Shown: in pieces, positions 1-9,360 of the stretch | Position numbering within the stretch: the stretch's first letter is position 1 | Layout: every line of letters begins with the position of its first letter | Assembly: GCA_963806495.1 (NCBI GenBank) | Contig: CAWDYA010000007.1 | Coordinates: 371,945 to 435,944 of the forward strand | Length of the DNA: 64,000 nucleotides | Direction: 5' to 3' | Origin: an uncultured Acidobacteriota bacterium | GTDB taxonomy: Bacteria > Acidobacteriota > Polarisedimenticolia > JACPZX01 > DASXTC01 | Notes under the pieces: generated by a model | Told to the model about the DNA's origin: nothing | Seen by the model: only the letters and a program-made list of their open reading frames with translations | Databases searched by the model: none | Program-made: the position numbers and the translations under genes

Positions 1-1127
1 TGTACCGCGCGAGACCCGATTCGGCCGACACGTCGGTGAAGTCGCGCCCGGTGTTGCGATACATCGAGGAGAAGGCGTTGTCGGAGACCAGGATATCGGT
101 CCGGCCGTCCCCGTCCGCATCGCCGAAGTCGACTGCCATGCTCGCCGTCTGGTCTCCCATGCCGTTGAAGGCCACGCCGAGCAGCGCCGCCACGTCCTCG
201 AACTTCGCGCCGGCCAGATTGTGCCAGAGGAAGTTCTCGGTGGCGTCGTTGGTCACGTAGATGTCGTCGTATCCGTCACCGTCGTAGTCCGACGAGGTGA
301 CGCTCATGGCGCGGCCGGTCTTGCCCATCCCGAGCGCGCCGGTGACGTCCTCGAATCGTCCCCCTCCCAGGTTGTGGTACAGGGCGTCCTTCTCCGGCTC
401 GTAGGCGAGAGGTCCGGGGAAGCCGTCGGGAGAGTAGAACGTCTTGTACTTGGGATCGAACCGGATGTAGTTGCCGACGTAGAGATCCAGCCGCGCGTCG
501 TGGTCGTAGTCCAGCCAGACGGCGGCGGCCGAGTCGCCGGTGTTGCCGACGCCGGCCTTGCCGGTGACGTCCTCGAAGGTGCCGTCGCCGCGGTTCCTGA
601 ACAGCACGTTAGCCCCGAAGTTCGCGACATAGATGTCGGGCCGGCCGTCGTTGTCGAAGTCGCCCACGGCCGCGCCGGCCGAGAAGCATCCCGGGCAGGC
701 CACGCCGGCCTTGCCGGTGACATCCTCGAAGGTGCCGTCACCGCGGTTCCTGAAGAGCCTGTTGTGGGGTGGCGAGGCGGGCCGCTCGCCCGAGCTGACG
801 CCCTCGTGCCAGGTTCCCGTCAGCAGATAGAGATCGATCCAGCCGTCGCCGTCATAGTCGAGCCAGACGGCCCCCGAACCCACCGCCTCGATGAGGTTGC
901 TGAAATCGGCGTCGCCGAATGACTGGACGAAGTCGATCCCGGCGGCGGCGGAGACATCGGTGAAGACCACGGCGGGAGCGGGGCCGGTGGCGGCCGGTGG
1001 CTGGGGGAGGGCGGGCGCGGCGCACAGCAGCGCCATCACCGGCGCGGCGAGGCTGGCTGCGAGCCGCCGCCTCGGAACGGGACCTGATGCCGCGGGTGAT
1101 GGGCTCCTTCGAATCGCTCGGTTCACC
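1..1127 (-). CDS. FG-GAP / ASPIC-UnbV repeat protein (partial; C-terminus lies beyond window start)
   Basis: Not in ORF track because no stop lies inside the window. Minus-strand frame reads continuously from about 1127 to position 1 with repeated 'LFRNRGDGTFEDVTGKAG' and Asp-rich 'DxDxDG' units. GTG at about 1127 would give an RRR-containing signal-like N-terminus; ATG at 1036 is the alternative start. Confidence 0.6.
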
Positions 1128-1514
1128 GTGATGCCGACCTCAGAGCTGTCTGAGCGATGAATCGTCCTCGAGGTCGGTTCGCAACCCGGCTCGAACCTTC
1201 CCCCCCCATGACGCTCGTCTCCCCCACGTGGGCATGGAACACCCCTTGCGGAGGGAGCGCTGCTCGATTGAATCGGTCATATCCGTGCAAACCACGCGCC
1301 ATCCGGACCGCCCACAAAGGGGGAGCCGAAACGTCACCACTCGCACCTGCGGGAGGCGCATTTGCCGTTAGATCCGCCTGGGTCGCCGATGCTGCCATGT
1401 CATAACACCCACCGATCGCGTGATATCGCGCAGCCGCCGGGCAGGAGGGGCGCCGGCTTGACTACGGCGGCCCCGGATGATGTCCTTTGAGCGGCATCGG
1501 GCCCGGAGGGGAAG

Positions 1515-3329
1515 ATGGCATACAAGCCGATCGAGAGTTACGGCGTCATCGGGGATCTGCACAGCGTTGCCCTCGTGGGAAACGACGGCTCCATCGACAT
1601 GATGTGCTTTCCCAAGTTCGACTCACCGTCGATCTTCGCCGCCCTGCTGGACGACGAAAACGGGGGATGCTTCCGGATCGCCCCGGTCAGCGAGGAGGGG
1701 CAGCGCAAGCAGATCTACCTGCCCGACAGCAACGTGCTGCTCACCCGGTTCCTCCAGGACGAGGGGGTCTCGGAGGTGTCGGACTTCATGCCGATCGAGC
1801 GCGAGGAGAACCTGCACAATCTCGTGCGCCGGGCCAAGACGATCCGCGGCGAGGTACGCTTCCGGATGACCTGCGCGCCCCGGTTCGACTACGCGCGCGC
1901 GGAGCACCGGGTCGAGAAGAAAGGCAGGGAGGTGCTGTTCGTCTCGCGTGGCGACGACAGGACGGCGCTGAGGCTCGTCTGTTCGGTCCCGGTCCGTATC
2001 GTCAACGGCGCCGCCGTGGCCGAGTTCACGCTGCGCGGCAGCGAGACCGCCTCGTTCGTCCTGGAAGAGGCGCGCGAGGACATCGAGTCTCCCGCCGGGT
2101 CCGCGGAGTTCGTCTCCGAGGCGTTCAAGGACACGGTGAACTTCTGGAGGCGCTGGATAGGAAAGAGCAGCTATGCGGGCCGCTGGCGCGGGATGGTGAA
2201 CCGCTCCGCCCTCACGCTCAAGCTGCTCACCTCGGCCGAGCACGGCTCGATGGTGGCGGCGCCGTCGTTCGGCCTGCCCGAGGAAGTGGGCGGCTCGCGC
2301 AACTGGGATTACCGGTACACCTGGATACGCGACGCGTCGTTCACGCTCTACGCCCTGATCCGTCTCGGGTACACGGACGAGGCGGCCTCGTTCATGAGGT
2401 GGATCGAGGCGCGGTGCGGCGAGCTCGAGCCGGACGGCTCGCTGCAGATCATGTACGGGCTCGACGGGCGGCACGATCTGTCGGAGCAGACGCTGCCGCA
2501 CCTGAAGGGTTACCGCGGCTCGTCCCCCGTACGCATCGGCAACGAGGCGTTCCGGCAGCTCCAGCTCGACATCTACGGCGAGCTCCTCGATTCGGTCTAC
2601 CTGTACAACAAGTTCGGCGAGCCGATCTCCCACGACCTGTGGGACAACCTCGTGAGGCTGATCGACTGGGTGTGCGCCAACTGGCGACGGGAGGACGCCG
2701 GGATCTGGGAGATGCGCGGAGCGACCCGGCAGTTCCTCTACTCCCGGCTGATGTGCTGGGTGGCGGTGGATCGCGGCATCCGCCTGGCGTCGAAACGCTC
2801 CTTCCCCGCTCCGCTCGACCGCTGGTACGGCGTGCGCGACTCCATCTACCGGGACATCTTCACCAGCTTCTGGGATCCAAAGCGCAAGGCGTTCGTCCAG
2901 TACGAGGGCTCCGGCGTGATGGACGCGGCGAACCTGCTGATGCCCCTCGTCCGGTTCATAGGCCCCACGGATCCCCGCTGGCTCACGACCCTCGCGGCGA
3001 TCGATGAGGACCTTGCCTACGACTCGCTGCTGTTCCGCTACAAGATCGAGGACGAGCGATCCGACGGGCTGGCCGGCCGCGAGGGGACCTTCAACCTGTG
3101 CTCCTTCTGGTACGTGGAGAACCTGTCACGCTCGGGTGACGTGGAGAAGGCCCGCTTCTATCTGGAGAAGATGCTCGGCTACGCCAACCACCTCGGCCTG
3201 TACTCCGAGGAGATCGGGCCGCGGGGCGAGCACCTCGGCAACTTCCCCCAGGCGTTCACCCATCTGGCGCTGATCAGCGCGGCGCATCACGTCGATCGGA
3301 GCCTCACGCAGGCGGGCGGAGCGCCTTGA
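1515..3329 (+). CDS. Glycoside hydrolase family 15 (glucoamylase/glucodextranase/trehalase-like)
   Basis: 604-aa ORF starting '[20 protein letters not shown]', full-length GH15-like N-terminal and catalytic-domain motifs, protein-like composition throughout. Confidence 0.85.
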   Translation: MAYKPIESYGVIGDLHSVALVGNDGSIDMMCFPKFDSPSIFAALLDDENGGCFRIAPVSEEGQRKQIYLPDSNVLLTRFLQDEGVSEVSDFMPIEREENLHNLVRRAKTIRGEVRFRMTCAPRFDYARAEHRVEKKGREVLFVSRGDDRTALRLVCSVPVRIVNGAAVAEFTLRGSETASFVLEEAREDIESPAGSAEFVSEAFKDTVNFWRRWIGKSSYAGRWRGMVNRSALTLKLLTSAEHGSMVAAPSFGLPEEVGGSRNWDYRYTWIRDASFTLYALIRLGYTDEAASFMRWIEARCGELEPDGSLQIMYGLDGRHDLSEQTLPHLKGYRGSSPVRIGNEAFRQLQLDIYGELLDSVYLYNKFGEPISHDLWDNLVRLIDWVCANWRREDAGIWEMRGATRQFLYSRLMCWVAVDRGIRLASKRSFPAPLDRWYGVRDSIYRDIFTSFWDPKRKAFVQYEGSGVMDAANLLMPLVRFIGPTDPRWLTTLAAIDEDLAYDSLLFRYKIEDERSDGLAGREGTFNLCSFWYVENLSRSGDVEKARFYLEKMLGYANHLGLYSEEIGPRGEHLGNFPQAFTHLALISAAHHVDRSLTQAGGAP

Positions 3330-3353
3330 GGCGGGTGCCGGCCGGAGCCGGCG

Positions 3354-4160
3354 TCAGCGGTCCAGGCCGACCGGCCGGGCGGCGGGCCGCTTCGCGCTCA
3401 CGGCGGCCCCGGCACGGGCGGTATCGAGCACGCGGGGCAGCGACGCCCCCGGCCCCGCCATGAGCTTTCTCCGGCCGAGGCGGTGCACGAGCGTCTCGTG
3501 ACGGGTCCTGAGCCCGAGCCTCACGCGGAGCCAGGCGAGGGTGCCGAGCGAGACGTTGATGATGCCGTCGGGCACCTTGGTCCCGGCCCGGTAGTACGGC
3601 ACCTCGACGGTCCAGGAGTTTTCGATCCGGTACCCAAGGCTGCCGGCGATGATCCCCAGCTCCTGCTCGCACGAGTACTTGTAGCCGTTGTAGTAGCTGA
3701 GCAGCTCCGGCACCTTGCCCACCCGGATCACCCGCAGCCCGCACTCGACATCCGCGTAGCGGTAGCCGCTCAGCAGGGAGGCGAACAGCGAGAGACCCCA
3801 GTTGCCGATCTTCTTGAAGCGCGGGTAGTGCGAGAAGTCGCGCCGCGTGAGGAGCATGTCGAGATCCTTCGAGACGGTGGTCTCCGCCAGGCTGTCGATC
3901 GAGTCGACCGTGTGCTGCCCGTCGGCGTCGAACGTATAGAGGAGATCGTCCGGTCTGAGTTCGCCGTCCTCGAGAAGCAGCGCCACGAGCGCGAGCCCGT
4001 CCTTGAGCGCGGAGGCCTTCCCCTTGTTGACCGGGTTGTCGATGACGTAGGAGCGCGGATGCCCCTGGCTCCACCTGGCCAGGATTTCGGGCGAGGCGTC
4101 CCGCGAGCCGTCGTTGACCGCGATCGTGAGGTCCATCCGGGCGCTGAACGTCGCGAGCAC
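3354..4160 (-). CDS. Glycosyltransferase family 2 (polyprenol-phosphate sugar transferase-like)
   Basis: ORF from a GTG start. The conserved GT2 N-terminus 'SEIAVVPVYNEAQNLER' continues in frame upstream to about 4211 with no ATG/GTG/TTG; an ATG at 4213-4215 is one base out of frame, so the true start is probably about 4215 with an indel just after it. 'DADGQH' motif present. Confidence 0.8.
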   Translation of the reverse strand: MLATFSARMDLTIAVNDGSRDASPEILARWSQGHPRSYVIDNPVNKGKASALKDGLALVALLLEDGELRPDDLLYTFDADGQHTVDSIDSLAETTVSKDLDMLLTRRDFSHYPRFKKIGNWGLSLFASLLSGYRYADVECGLRVIRVGKVPELLSYYNGYKYSCEQELGIIAGSLGYRIENSWTVEVPYYRAGTKVPDGIINVSLGTLAWLRVRLGLRTRHETLVHRLGRRKLMAGPGASLPRVLDTARAGAAVSAKRPAARPVGLDR

Positions 4161-4229
4161 CCGCTCGAGGTTCTGCGCCTCGTTGTAGACCGGAACGACG
4201 GCGATCTCTGATCATCGGGGCTCCATGCC

Positions 4230-5240
4230 TCATACCCAGCGCAGGATGTTCTTTACCGACTTGATGTTGAGATCGCCGAGGTAGTTGATCTCGATCGCCG
4301 AGTTGCAGCAGCACTCCGGGCACCGCGCGTAGGTCATGTCCGGCAGCGACTCGAACGCCTTCTTCACCCCGTCCCGCACGCAGTTGCCCCCCTTCGTCTT
4401 GGGGAGCCCCCGCATGTCGAAGCAGGAGTAGCAGTCGCCGTTCGTGTCGATGTAGCAGAACAGCTTGCCGGAGTAGCAGCGGGGGAACTTGTCGTACGTC
4501 CCGTTGAGCCGGTACGTGTCCCGGACGAACTCGAGCGTCGCCTCGGACGCGCCGATGTGCTTGTTGCGCTTCTTCTCCTCGATCAGCCACTCGACCGTGC
4601 GGCGGTGCTCGTCCTTGTCGGGATAGAGCGGATCGAGCCGGTCGCCGGCGAGATAGTGGTCCGACAGGTTTCCGAAATCGCAGTAAAAATCGAGCTCCTC
4701 GGCCTTTCGCACCACCCACTCGACGTAGTCGAGATCGCCCTTGGTGAGGGGCGTGAAGGTCCAGACCTTGATCCCGATCTCACGGAACACCTTGATCGCC
4801 TCGAGGGCTTTCTCCCAGGCGTCCTTCATGTTGCGCTGGCGGTCGTGGACCTCCTTCGGGCCGTCCAGGCTGATGAACACCAGATCGAGCTTGCGCAATT
4901 CCTCGATCTTCCGTCTCGCCAGCAGTCCATTGGAGTTCATGCTGGTGAAGATGCCGTGGCCTTTGGCCGTGTCGATCAGAGTGCCGATGTCGGCGCGCAG
5001 CGACGCCTCGCCGCCGGTCATCACCACGCGCTCGCATCCGAGCTCGCCCAGCTCATCGATGATCCCGACGAGCTGCGGGGTGCTCAGGTCGCGCATGTTC
5101 CTCAGGGGTATGTCGCAATACTCGCACCGCTGGTTGCAGCGGTCCGTAACGGACAAGGAGACGGCGAGAGGGCGTTTGGTGCCCAGAAAATGCGTCTGGG
5201 CGATCTTGGCCCCGGTCGTGATCTCCTGAAGGAGCTTCAT
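4230..5240 (-). CDS. Radical SAM enzyme with C-terminal Cys-rich SPASM/twitch-like domain (MoaA/PqqE-like)
   Basis: 336 aa; 'SVTDRCNQRCEYC' CxxxCxxC motif near the N-terminus; C-terminal region with 9 Cys ('CYSGKLFCYIDTNGDCYSC ... CPECCC'); AGGTG Shine-Dalgarno 6 nt upstream. Confidence 0.85.
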   Translation of the reverse strand: MKLLQEITTGAKIAQTHFLGTKRPLAVSLSVTDRCNQRCEYCDIPLRNMRDLSTPQLVGIIDELGELGCERVVMTGGEASLRADIGTLIDTAKGHGIFTSMNSNGLLARRKIEELRKLDLVFISLDGPKEVHDRQRNMKDAWEKALEAIKVFREIGIKVWTFTPLTKGDLDYVEWVVRKAEELDFYCDFGNLSDHYLAGDRLDPLYPDKDEHRRTVEWLIEEKKRNKHIGASEATLEFVRDTYRLNGTYDKFPRCYSGKLFCYIDTNGDCYSCFDMRGLPKTKGGNCVRDGVKKAFESLPDMTYARCPECCCNSAIEINYLGDLNIKSVKNILRWV

Positions 5241-5342
5241 CGAGACACCTCATATCCGGAAAGCTCATCCGACGCGCCGGGGGATACACGTACCCGCTCG
5301 GGGTGGCGCCGGGATGTGCCGCAGGGGTAGGCAGTGAGTTGT

Positions 5343-5371
5343 CTTATACCCGGTAAGAGTATAACTGTCAA
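5343..5371 (-). promoter_or_regulatory. Candidate sigma70-type promoter for the radical SAM / GT2 pair
   Basis: Minus strand reads TTGACA, 17-nt spacer, TATAAG in the 140-bp gap between the upstream GT2 stop and the radical SAM start. The -35 is consensus; the -10 has G at position 6. Confidence 0.4.
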
Positions 5372-5382
5372 GGAGTTTCGCG

Positions 5383-6123
5383 CTATTGTCCGTTTTTGTT
5401 CGTATTGTCCCTGGCCCCGGGGCCACCCGGCAGCCCGGGGGGCCGCCAGAGGAAGGCGACCTTCAGGATCGTCAGCAGTATCCGGGTCCCGTGCCTGACT
5501 CTTCTGAACTTCCGGATCCCACCGAGCCGACGCTCGCGGGTCACCGGCACCTCGATGATCACCAGACCGGCCCTGGCCGCCTTGAGGATCATCTCCGACT
5601 CCACCTCGAATTCACAGAACTCCCAGCGCAGGCCGCGCACCGCCTCCCGCCGGATGACCCGGTACGACGCGTTGATGTCGCTGATCTGGGTGCCGCACAG
5701 GAGGTTGGCGAGCCCCGTCAGGACGCTGTTGGCGCGCCTGTCGATCGGGCTGATCCCTCGGTCCCGGAAGACGCCCAGGAAGCGTGAGCCGTTGAGGAAG
5801 TCGGCGCCGGTGTTCCTGAAGGCGGCCAGGAGGGACGGCAGCTCCGCCGGGACGTCCTGGCCGTCGGAATCCATCAGGACGAGCGTCTCGCCCGCAGCCT
5901 CCGCCAGGCCCGCGCGCACCGCCAGGCCCTTCCCCTCGTGGCGCCGTTTCAGCACGCGTGCGCCGGCGAGCCGCGCCTGACGGGCGGTGGCGTCCGTCGA
6001 GCCGTCGTCCACGACGATCACCTCTCCGGTCTCCCCGATGGAGCCGAGAGCGCCGAGGACGCCCCGCACCACGTCACCCACGGTCAGTTCCTCGTTGAGG
6101 GCCGGGATGATGACGGAGATCAC
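5383..6123 (-). CDS. Glycosyltransferase family 2, DPM1/ArnC-like (polyprenol-phosphate sugar synthase-like)
   Basis: 246-aa C-terminal part of ORF 5383..7644: 'ISVIIPALNEE', 'VVDDGSTD', 'MDSDGQD'. GTG start at 6123 overlaps the deacetylase stop. The N-terminal 500 aa of the track ORF is low-complexity read-through and is excluded. Confidence 0.8.
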   Translation of the reverse strand: MISVIIPALNEELTVGDVVRGVLGALGSIGETGEVIVVDDGSTDATARQARLAGARVLKRRHEGKGLAVRAGLAEAAGETLVLMDSDGQDVPAELPSLLAAFRNTGADFLNGSRFLGVFRDRGISPIDRRANSVLTGLANLLCGTQISDINASYRVIRREAVRGLRWEFCEFEVESEMILKAARAGLVIIEVPVTRERRLGGIRKFRRVRHGTRILLTILKVAFLWRPPGLPGGPGARDNTNKNGQ

Positions 6124-6968
6124 GATCCATCCCTGGCCGCGTGATGCTCGCGGATCGAGCAGAAGCGGAACTCGCGCAGGAGCCGGGAGTACTTGGCCAG
6201 CGCGCCGCGCAGACCCCAGTAGTGATACCAGGTGTGCCGCGCGGGCAGGCCCGGCACGCGCGGCTGGTCGGCATCCAGCTCCCACGGGTGCATGTACACC
6301 ACGGCCGGTCGTCCCTTTCCGTTCATCCGCCGGAGCGCGGCGGCAGTGAGCGTGTAGGGCAGGAGCCGGAAGAAGATCCCACCCGCCACCGGGATCGTCA
6401 GTCCCCCGATCCTCACGGCCGCCGGCGGGTACTCGGTCAGGCCGTCCTGGATCGGGTGGATGTCGAGACGCGCGTTCTTGACACCGTACATCCAGGTGCG
6501 CAGCGGGAAGATGCTCGAGTCCACCCGGTAGCCGCTTCGGCTCAGCGCCGGCAGGGCCCAGGGGCACCGCTCCGTGATCGACCACGAGGGCGCCCTGAAT
6601 GCCACCACCGGCTCGCCCGCGAGCTCGGACAGCACTCCCGCCGAATCCCGAAGCTGAGTCTCGAACGCCTCCGGCGTGAGGGAGTAGACGAGATCGTGGT
6701 AGTAGCTGTGGCTCGCGATCTCGTGGCCTCCTTCGCGGATGCGGCGGATCAGTCCGGGGTGCGCGGCCGCAACGCAGCCCAGGGTGAAGAAGGTCGCCGT
6801 CGAGCCGTTTTCGGCGAGCAGCGCGAGCAGGCGGTCGGTCTGCGCCTCCACACGGCTCTCCAGAGCGGACCACCGCTCGCGCGGCAGGTCGAAATCGTTG
6901 CCGTGGAACCACTCCTCGACGTCGATGGTGAGTATGTTGCGCATGCTGGCCATCCTCAGGATGGGCAT
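6120..6968 (-). CDS. Polysaccharide deacetylase (NodB-like; resembles the EPS/PEP-CTERM-locus subfamily)
   Basis: Real part of ORF 6120..7715: 'MRNILTIDVEEWFHGND', 'HEIASHSYYH'. Start could be ATG at 6968, 6953 or 6944; upstream part of the track ORF is artefact. Confidence 0.8.
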   Translation of the reverse strand: MPILRMASMRNILTIDVEEWFHGNDFDLPRERWSALESRVEAQTDRLLALLAENGSTATFFTLGCVAAAHPGLIRRIREGGHEIASHSYYHDLVYSLTPEAFETQLRDSAGVLSELAGEPVVAFRAPSWSITERCPWALPALSRSGYRVDSSIFPLRTWMYGVKNARLDIHPIQDGLTEYPPAAVRIGGLTIPVAGGIFFRLLPYTLTAAALRRMNGKGRPAVVYMHPWELDADQPRVPGLPARHTWYHYWGLRGALAKYSRLLREFRFCSIREHHAARDGS

Positions 6969-6972
6969 TATA

Positions 6973-9207
6973 ATGCCGCGACCTGACTTGCCGAGCGAGC
7001 GGAGGACGTCTGCCTTGGGATCCGAAACAACCGTAACGCCCGCAGTGTCCGGAGCGGGACCCCGGCTCCGGGTCGCACTGGCCACGGGCCTGTCCACGGG
7101 CATCCTGCTGGCGCTGATGGAGACGGCGGGCGTGCTCGCAAGCGCCGGCGCCCCCGGGGCCGCGCCCCTGGACATCCTTGTCCTCGCGACCTGGCTGGCC
7201 GTGCCGTATGTGGCGGCCCTGGGCGCGCTCGCGGCGGTCCTCGCGCTGCTCGTCCGCCCCCCGGAGGCCGCCCGGGCCCTGACGGTGGGGCTGGCCGTCG
7301 CCGTCGCTCTCGCGATGTGGCTTCGTACCCTGCTGCGGCTTGGCGAGGGGACCGCGGCGTACCCGGTGCTGGAGCTGCTCCTGGCGGGAGCGGCCTGCGC
7401 CGCCGGGGCCGCCTTCGGAATGCTGGCCGGTCGGGCCCGGCCGGGCGGGTTCCGGCGGGGGCCCTTGCTCTGGGGAGGCCTCGCCGCCCTGGCCGCGCTG
7501 GTGGCGCAGAGCGGCAACGTATCGGGCGCGTTCGGCGCGCCGGGGACACCGGCGCCGCTCGCCTGGCGGGTGGGTCTGGCCGTCGCCGTGGGTCTGGCGG
7601 TGGCGGCGGCGAGGCGCTTCCTGCCAAGGCTCGGGTCTCTGCATCCGGCGGCCGGCCGGATGGCTCGCATCGCCGGATTCGTGGCGGCGGCCGGCTGGGT
7701 CGTCTTCTGCGGCAACGGTGTTGCCCGGATGCTGTCGGTGCCGGAGGTCGCGTGGACATCGTCGCTTCAGGGGGAGGGCTCCGCATCGAGGCCCAACGTC
7801 ATCCTGATCTCAATCGACACCTTGCGGGCGGATCATGTTTCCAGCTACGGCTACAGGCGGCGCACCACGCCGGGGATCGATCAGCTCGCCGCCTCGGGGG
7901 TCCTCTTCGCGCACGCCGTCTCCACGGCGAGCTTCACGACACCGGCGCATGCCTCCATGATGACCGGCCTTTTCCCCACCAGCCACGGGGCGCAGTACCA
8001 GAGCGAGAACCCCGATGCGTTCGTCATCGCTCCGATCGCGCCTTCCGTGCCGACCCTCGCGGAGATCCTCGAGGATCAGGGGTACGACACCGCGGGGTTC
8101 GTCGCCTCGCCCATGGTGGGGCGGCAGTTCGGCTTCTCGCGCGGCTTCCGGGTTTTCGACGACCACTATGATCGCCTCAGCTCGGTGCGCGGGCAGATGT
8201 TCGCGCGCACCACCCCGTTCCGACTGCTCCGGCGGGCCGGCATGTTCGACGCGCGGGATCTCGACGCCGAGCGCAAGGCGGACGAGGTGAACGCCGCGGT
8301 CGTGCGCTGGATCGAGGCCCGACGCGGCGCGCCCGCGCCGTTTTTCCTGTTCGTGCACTACTACGACCCGCACGCGCCGTACGCCGCGCCCGGGCGTCCG
8401 ATCGAGACGGACCCTGCCCCCCGTCACGTCGCGTACGATCTCGATCTGCTGCTGCGCGGCCAGTACACGCTTTCAGTCGGCGCTCGCGACGTGGTGGTCG
8501 CGCGCTACGACGAGGAGATCGCATACACGGATCGCGCGCTGTCGCGCCTGCTCGACGCGCTCGGCCGTTCGGTTCTCGACAACAGCCTGGTCATCGTCAC
8601 CTCGGACCACGGGGAGAGCTTCGGGGAGCACGGCCACTGGGGCCACAACATCCTCCTGTACGAGGATCTCCTCGACGTGCCGTTCATCGTCCGCCCCCCC
8701 GGCGGCGCGGCTGCAGGGCGCGTCATCGACGATGTCATCGTGCAGCCGACCGACATCCTGCCGACGGTTCTCTCGTGGCTCGGCATCCGTGCTCCCGCGG
8801 GGACGCAGGGCAGGGATCTCGCCGGCCTCATCCGCGGGGACGGCGGCGACGCGGCCGGCGAGCATGCCCCCGATCCTCACGTCCGGCAGCTCGCGTTCTC
8901 CGAGCTGGCCCGCAACGTCGGCTGGGTCCGTCGCTGGGGCCCCGCGCTCGACCGCGACCTGCTTGCGGCGCGGGCCGGGCGGTGGAAGTACATCCGTTCG
9001 TCGGCGGGGGCGGAGGAGCTCTACGATCTGCAGGCGGACGCCGCCGAGTCGATCAATCTGGCTTCGGCGGACCCGGTTGCCCTGGACTCGATGCGACAGT
9101 TGATGGACGCTTGGCGGCTCACCCAGACGCGGCATCTCGAAAACGAGAACACTCCCCTCGACGAGGGGCTGCTCGAGAACCTCAGGAGCCTCGGCTATGT
9201 CCAGTAG
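6973..9207 (+). CDS. Membrane-anchored sulfatase-like hydrolase/transferase, Thr-nucleophile type (LtaS/EptA-like), paralog 1
   Basis: Real part of ORF 6739..9207. Hydrophobic multi-helix N-terminus, then 'PNVILISIDTLRADH'. The sulfatase C-x-P-x-R position reads 'FTTPAHASMMTG'. Ends 'DEGLLENLRSLGYVQ'. Confidence 0.75.
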   Translation: MPRPDLPSERRTSALGSETTVTPAVSGAGPRLRVALATGLSTGILLALMETAGVLASAGAPGAAPLDILVLATWLAVPYVAALGALAAVLALLVRPPEAARALTVGLAVAVALAMWLRTLLRLGEGTAAYPVLELLLAGAACAAGAAFGMLAGRARPGGFRRGPLLWGGLAALAALVAQSGNVSGAFGAPGTPAPLAWRVGLAVAVGLAVAAARRFLPRLGSLHPAAGRMARIAGFVAAAGWVVFCGNGVARMLSVPEVAWTSSLQGEGSASRPNVILISIDTLRADHVSSYGYRRRTTPGIDQLAASGVLFAHAVSTASFTTPAHASMMTGLFPTSHGAQYQSENPDAFVIAPIAPSVPTLAEILEDQGYDTAGFVASPMVGRQFGFSRGFRVFDDHYDRLSSVRGQMFARTTPFRLLRRAGMFDARDLDAERKADEVNAAVVRWIEARRGAPAPFFLFVHYYDPHAPYAAPGRPIETDPAPRHVAYDLDLLLRGQYTLSVGARDVVVARYDEEIAYTDRALSRLLDALGRSVLDNSLVIVTSDHGESFGEHGHWGHNILLYEDLLDVPFIVRPPGGAAAGRVIDDVIVQPTDILPTVLSWLGIRAPAGTQGRDLAGLIRGDGGDAAGEHAPDPHVRQLAFSELARNVGWVRRWGPALDRDLLAARAGRWKYIRSSAGAEELYDLQADAAESINLASADPVALDSMRQLMDAWRLTQTRHLENENTPLDEGLLENLRSLGYVQ

Positions 9208-9360
9208 AAACTGCCCGACCATGGTGCGCCTGGCCGGACGGGGCGACCAGTGTGGAAGGCCCGGCCGGCGCGTTGGAAGGCCGCCGGCCGCCGGGGCAGG
9301 CGCATGCCGGCCGGGGCCGGCGCCCGGGGCATCCCGAGGTCTTCGCCGGGCGGCGCCAAG

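Noticed and set aside
221-922. Plus-strand ORFs at the window start (36..260, 221..922, 633..830)
   Set aside because: Composition is artefactual; the real gene here is the minus-strand FG-GAP/ASPIC-like protein running off the window edge.
4230-5240. Radical SAM protein as an anaerobic sulfatase-maturating enzyme for the adjacent sulfatase-like genes
   Set aside because: The neighbouring sulfatase-like proteins have Thr and His where the formylglycine motif needs Cys/Ser and Arg, so they have no residue to mature; the rSAM is also shorter than typical maturases.
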